A stretch of 64,000 bases of DNA. Origin: Akkermansia muciniphila. GTDB lineage: Bacteria > Verrucomicrobiota > Verrucomicrobiia > Limisphaerales > BJHT01. Below the pieces are notes generated by a model. It searched no databases, was not told the origin of the DNA, and saw only the letters and a program-made list of their open reading frames with translations. Positions 60,636 through 64,000 of the stretch are shown one piece after another (the first letter of the stretch is position 1; each line of letters starts with the position of its first letter). Made by a program: the position numbers and the translations under genes. The DNA lies in contig CAMAUZ010000028.1 of the NCBI GenBank assembly GCA_945861535.1, positions 6,699 to 70,698 on the forward strand, given 5' to 3'.

Positions 60636-60726
60636 GTAGGGCGCGTCTGTCCCCAGCGCGCCGCGGCTGACCAGCCGATGCGCCTCGTTGCAGCACGACG
60701 GCGCGCTGGGGACAGACGCGCCCTAC
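60636..60726. repeat. GTAG-type REP doublet
   Basis: gtagggcgcgtctgtccccagcgcgccg ... cggcgcgctggggacagacgcgccctac (perfect 28-bp arms); a further arm ends ccctac near 60831. Confidence 0.9.
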
Positions 60727-60842
60727 CAGCAGGATGAACTCACTCGCTTTTAATCACATCCGAGGGCGACCACGCCCGACGTGGCGGGCGGTTCGGGCGA
60801 AGGTTACGGACGCGCGGCAGCGCGTCCCTACCGGGATTCGGC

Positions 60843-62567
60843 TTACGCCGCCGGCTCGGCAATGAGGTCGTAGTCGGTGTGACCGAGGATGCGGACGCGG
60901 GTGAATTCACCGACGGGAAGCTGGTGCGGCTTGGCGCGGATGAAGACGCGGCCGTCGATGTCGGGGGCGTCGGCTTCGCCGCGGGCGACGAGGAAGTGGC
61001 CACGGAGCCGCGTTTGATGTTCATCATCGGAGCGGATGAGGCCGTGTTCCCACGAGCTGACGCTGGCTTTTTCGAGTTGCTTGCCGGAGGCCTCGCCCTC
61101 GACGAGCACGGTCATGGTGCGGCCGACCTGGCCTTGGGCGACGGCGCGGGCGACGAGGAGTTGCTCGGCCATGGCGTGTTCGCGGCGGCGTTGTTTCACG
61201 CGGTCGGTAACCTGGTGTTCCATCTTGGCGGCGCGGGTGCCGTCTTCGCGCGAGTAGGTGAAAATGCCGAGGCGCTCGAAGCGCGTCTCGCGGATGAAGT
61301 CGCGGAGGACCTCGAAGCTCGCCTCGGTTTCGCCGGGGAAGCCGACGATGAAAGTCGTGCGCAGCGCGATGCCGGGAATGCCCGCGCGGAGGCGGCGGAT
61401 GAGGTCCACGATGTAGGCTTGCGAGGTCTCGCGGCGCATGCGCTCGAGCATCGGCTCGTGGATGTGCTGGAGCGGCATATCGACGTAGCGCGCGACCTTC
61501 GGGCACGCGGCGATGGTGGCGATGAGTTCGTCGGTCCAGTGCGCGGGATGCGTGTAGAGGAGGCGAATCCAGAAGTCGCCGGGGAGCGCGTTGAGTGCGC
61601 GCAACAGCGTGCAGAGCGTCGTGGCGTCCGCGGGCAGGGCGCGCGCGGCGGTGGTGAATTTCTCGGGCGAAGAAATGGCGCGGCTGTGGTTGGGGCGCAG
61701 GTCGAGGCCGTAATAGGTCGAGTCCTGCGAGATGAGGTTCAACTCTTTCACGCCGTCGGCGAGGAGGCGGCGGGCTTCCTCGACGATGTCGGCCTGCGTG
61801 CGGCTGCGGTGTGCGCCGCGCATCCGCGGGATGATGCAGAAGCTGCACGGGTGATTGCAGCCCTCGGCGATTTTCACGTACGCAAAATGTTTTGGCGTGA
61901 GGCGGAAGCGCGGCGTGTCGAAGTCGGGGATGAAGTTGGGGCGCGCGTGGACATCGACGATGGGAGCGTTGGCGTCGGGCGCTGTGTCGGGAGCGGCGGT
62001 GGATGGGGGCGTGGAGGGGGTGACGACGGTGCGGGTCTGGCCGAAGCGGTCGGTGCCGCGCAGGGATTCATCGGCGGCGGCGGAGTCGAGCGGGCGCGCT
62101 TTTTCGAGGGCGTTGAGTTTCGAGACGACGGATTTTTTGCGCGATTTCGGCGCGGCTTTTTGTTCGAGGCGTTGGGCGCGGTGGGTGAGGGCTTGCGTGA
62201 CGATGTCGCCGACTTGCGCGACCTGGTCGATGCCCATGAAGGCGTCCACTTCGGGGAGGAGTTTCGGCAGTTCGTCGCGGAAACGCTGGGGGAGACAGCC
62301 GGAGACGATGACGGCCTGGCCGCGCTGCTGGGCGTCGCGCAGTTCGACGGATTCGAGGATCGTATCGACGCTCTCTTCCTGCGCGGCGTCGATGAAGGAG
62401 CAGGTGTTGACGATGACGGCGTCGGCGTGGGTGGCGTCGTTGGTGATCTCGACGCCGTGGCGCAGGAGCGAGCCGAGCATGATCTCGGCATCGACGAGGT
62501 TTTTGGCGCAGCCGAGCGAGATCATGCCCACGCGCAGGGGGCGGTTGAGTTCAGAGCCTTTTTTCAC
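60843..62567 (-). CDS. rimO: Ribosomal protein S12 methylthiotransferase
   Basis: SLGCAKNLVDAE, VNTCSFI..A..ES, SGCLPQR, YVKIAEGCNHPCSFCIIP, LRTTFIVGFPGET, AP.IDG TRAM domain. GTG start at 62567 preferred. Confidence 0.94.
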   Translation of the reverse strand: MKKGSELNRPLRVGMISLGCAKNLVDAEIMLGSLLRHGVEITNDATHADAVIVNTCSFIDAAQEESVDTILESVELRDAQQRGQAVIVSGCLPQRFRDELPKLLPEVDAFMGIDQVAQVGDIVTQALTHRAQRLEQKAAPKSRKKSVVSKLNALEKARPLDSAAADESLRGTDRFGQTRTVVTPSTPPSTAAPDTAPDANAPIVDVHARPNFIPDFDTPRFRLTPKHFAYVKIAEGCNHPCSFCIIPRMRGAHRSRTQADIVEEARRLLADGVKELNLISQDSTYYGLDLRPNHSRAISSPEKFTTAARALPADATTLCTLLRALNALPGDFWIRLLYTHPAHWTDELIATIAACPKVARYVDMPLQHIHEPMLERMRRETSQAYIVDLIRRLRAGIPGIALRTTFIVGFPGETEASFEVLRDFIRETRFERLGIFTYSREDGTRAAKMEHQVTDRVKQRRREHAMAEQLLVARAVAQGQVGRTMTVLVEGEASGKQLEKASVSSWEHGLIRSDDEHQTRLRGHFLVARGEADAPDIDGRVFIRAKPHQLPVGEFTRVRILGHTDYDLIAEPAA

Positions 62568-62591
62568 AAGTGGCGCGGAAGGTAGGGCAGC

Positions 62592-62833
62592 GGGGGGCAA
62601 GCTCAAAGCTTAAAGCTCAAAGCTCAAGGGAAGGTTCAAGCGCCAAGGGCCAAGCGGCAATTGGATGGAAGAATCAGGGCGGTACGGGCGAGGCGGAAAA
62701 CAGCGCGCGTGGGCGGGGAGGGATTTGTAAGTGCGGATGAAACCGGGAAATGCCAATGCCAACGGAGTCGCGGTGGTGCTTGGCGCTTGGTGTTTCCCTT
62801 GAGCTTTGAGCTTTAAGCTTTGAGCTTTCCCCC
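62592..62833. repeat. Long inverted element with heptamer tandem arms (AAAGCTC)
   Basis: aagctcaaagcttaaagctcaaagctcaagggaa..caagcgccaag inverted to cttggcgcttgg..ttcccttgagctttgagctttaagctttgagctt. Confidence 0.88.
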
Positions 62834-62840
62834 GTCCCGC

Positions 62841-63344
62841 TCAGCGCCGCGGCGGCTGATTACCGGGGAGCGGGAGGGACTCGCCGGAGTTGGCGGGTTG
62901 GTAGATGCCTTTGCCGAGGCGGGAGAGCGGGTCTTCGGTGGCGCGGGAGCGGCAGGCGCTGATGCCCCAGACGATGCCGACGAGCAGCAGGAGGATGCCG
63001 AGGATGGGGAGGGCGACCTGCCAGTTGACTTTCGAGAGTTGGAGCGCGGCGAAGTCGATGGGGTTCTTGGAGCCGGAGGCGAGGCGCGGTGCGGCGTCGA
63101 ACTTTTTGGATTGGGCGAGGTCGGTCTCGAGCTGGGCGAGGAGTTCGGGAACCTTTAGGCGCAGGTGGGTGGCGTAGGTGCGCACGAAGCCCTTGACGTA
63201 GATCGTCGCGGGGAAGGTTTCGTACTGACCGGACTCCAGGGCGCGGAGGTAGTCGGTCTTGATGTTGGTGGCTTCGGCGACGCGGCTGATGGGGAGATTC
63301 TGCGTCTCGCGAGCCACGCGCAGTTGTTCGGCGACGGTTGGCAT
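62841..63344 (-). CDS. RodZ-like HTH_25 membrane protein (short form)
   Basis: MPTVAEQLR.ARE.......VA..T.I...YL.ALE.G....P...Y.KGF.R.YA..L; single TM; located upstream of rimO. Confidence 0.85.
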   Translation of the reverse strand: MPTVAEQLRVARETQNLPISRVAEATNIKTDYLRALESGQYETFPATIYVKGFVRTYATHLRLKVPELLAQLETDLAQSKKFDAAPRLASGSKNPIDFAALQLSKVNWQVALPILGILLLLVGIVWGISACRSRATEDPLSRLGKGIYQPANSGESLPLPGNQPPRR

Positions 63345-63412
63345 TGCGGGCGGATCGTACGGAAGGCACATGCGCTTGGCAACCCCGCAAAGCCGCGCGG
63401 AGCGGTGGTCCT

Positions 63413-63644
63413 GTGGGCCGGGTTCCAGCCTGCCGGTTCGGACGGCATCCATGCCGCCCGTTCCGCCGGCGGAACTGGGAACACGGGGCAGGGATGCCCC
63501 GTGAACCGGCAGGCAGGGATGCCTGCCCCACCTGTGCGCGGCGCGCGGGCGTCCCACCCGCTCAGGACGCCCGCCCACGCGAACGTGCCAAATCCACCAT
63601 CCATTCCGGAGTTCGTACCGAGCGACCGGGACGGTCGCGCTCCG
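63413..63644. repeat. REP cluster: GTGGGGCAGG REPIN (63413-63531) plus CGGAGCGC-type doublet
   Basis: gaactgggaacacggggcagggatgccccgtgaaccggcaggcagggatgcctgccccac; gcgcgcgggcgtcccacccgc ... gcgaccgggacggtcgcgctccg. Confidence 0.8.
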
Positions 63645-63735
63645 GGCGCGTCGCTACCTTCCCGCCGGCCGTTGCGAAAAGGGTGCGGTCGGTGCTCGCG
63701 TCGGCGGGCGCGGGCGGGAATTCTTCCAAGCACTT

Positions 63736-64000
63736 ATGCGACTGGGGATTTGTGCGGTGATGCTGGGATGCGCGGTGGCGTTCGCTGTGGCGGCGGCGGC
63801 GGTGGAGCCGGTGCGCGTTGGGGCGGCGCAGGCGGAGGCGGGGTTTAATCAGTTGTTTCAGCGGACCAATGGCTGGGTGGGGGCGGATGCGATTTACTCG
63901 ATTCCAATCAGTGCGGAGCGAACGCTGTGGTTTTTTGGCGACACGTTTGTGGGGCGCGTGGCGGACGGGCGGCGGACGAATGTGACGATGATCAACAATT
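63736..64000 (+). CDS. DUF4185/DUF5005-like secreted protein (5' part only)
   Basis: Absent from the ORF track. Hand translation: MRLGICAVMLGCAVAFAVAAAA...FQRTNGWVGADAIYSIPISAERTLWFFGDTF...MINN. Confidence 0.75.
   Translation, partial: MRLGICAVMLGCAVAFAVAAAAVEPVRVGAAQAEAGFNQLFQRTNGWVGADAIYSIPISAERTLWFFGDTFVGRVADGRRTNVTMINN

Overview
GC-rich bacterial chromosome segment. Gene content (prepilin/H-X9-DG protein, CRTAC1, DUF4838, Ig/PPC surface protein) suggests PVC superphylum, most likely Verrucomicrobiota (inference). Housekeeping genes (xseB-dxs, icd, apbE, sppA, upp, three CNNM/CorC paralogs, rsmI, ppdK, rlmN-like, rimO, rodZ-like) are interspersed with accessory genes: three paralogous secreted proteins of unknown family, an AbrB-PIN toxin-antitoxin pair, a lower-GC wzc/wza/beta-barrel export block beside a decayed DUF4338-ISAs1 element, a small-protein/DUF6036 nucleotidyltransferase pair plus vsr, and a prepilin-led cluster of putative glycan-active secreted proteins. 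No rRNA, tRNA or CRISPR array was seen. The most unusual signal is non-coding: a dense, nested set of palindromic repeats. It includes (i) MITE-like elements sharing one 22-bp TIR (GGGCGCATCTCAGTTTCTTGCA) with apparent target duplications but different REP cargo, (ii) repeats recruited into proteins (an ApbE loop, a signal peptide, a Vsr loop, three stop codons), (iii) an attC-like site bounding a probable orphan integron cassette and (iv) a perfect 34-bp palindrome. Family names come from motif recognition by eye, not database searches.
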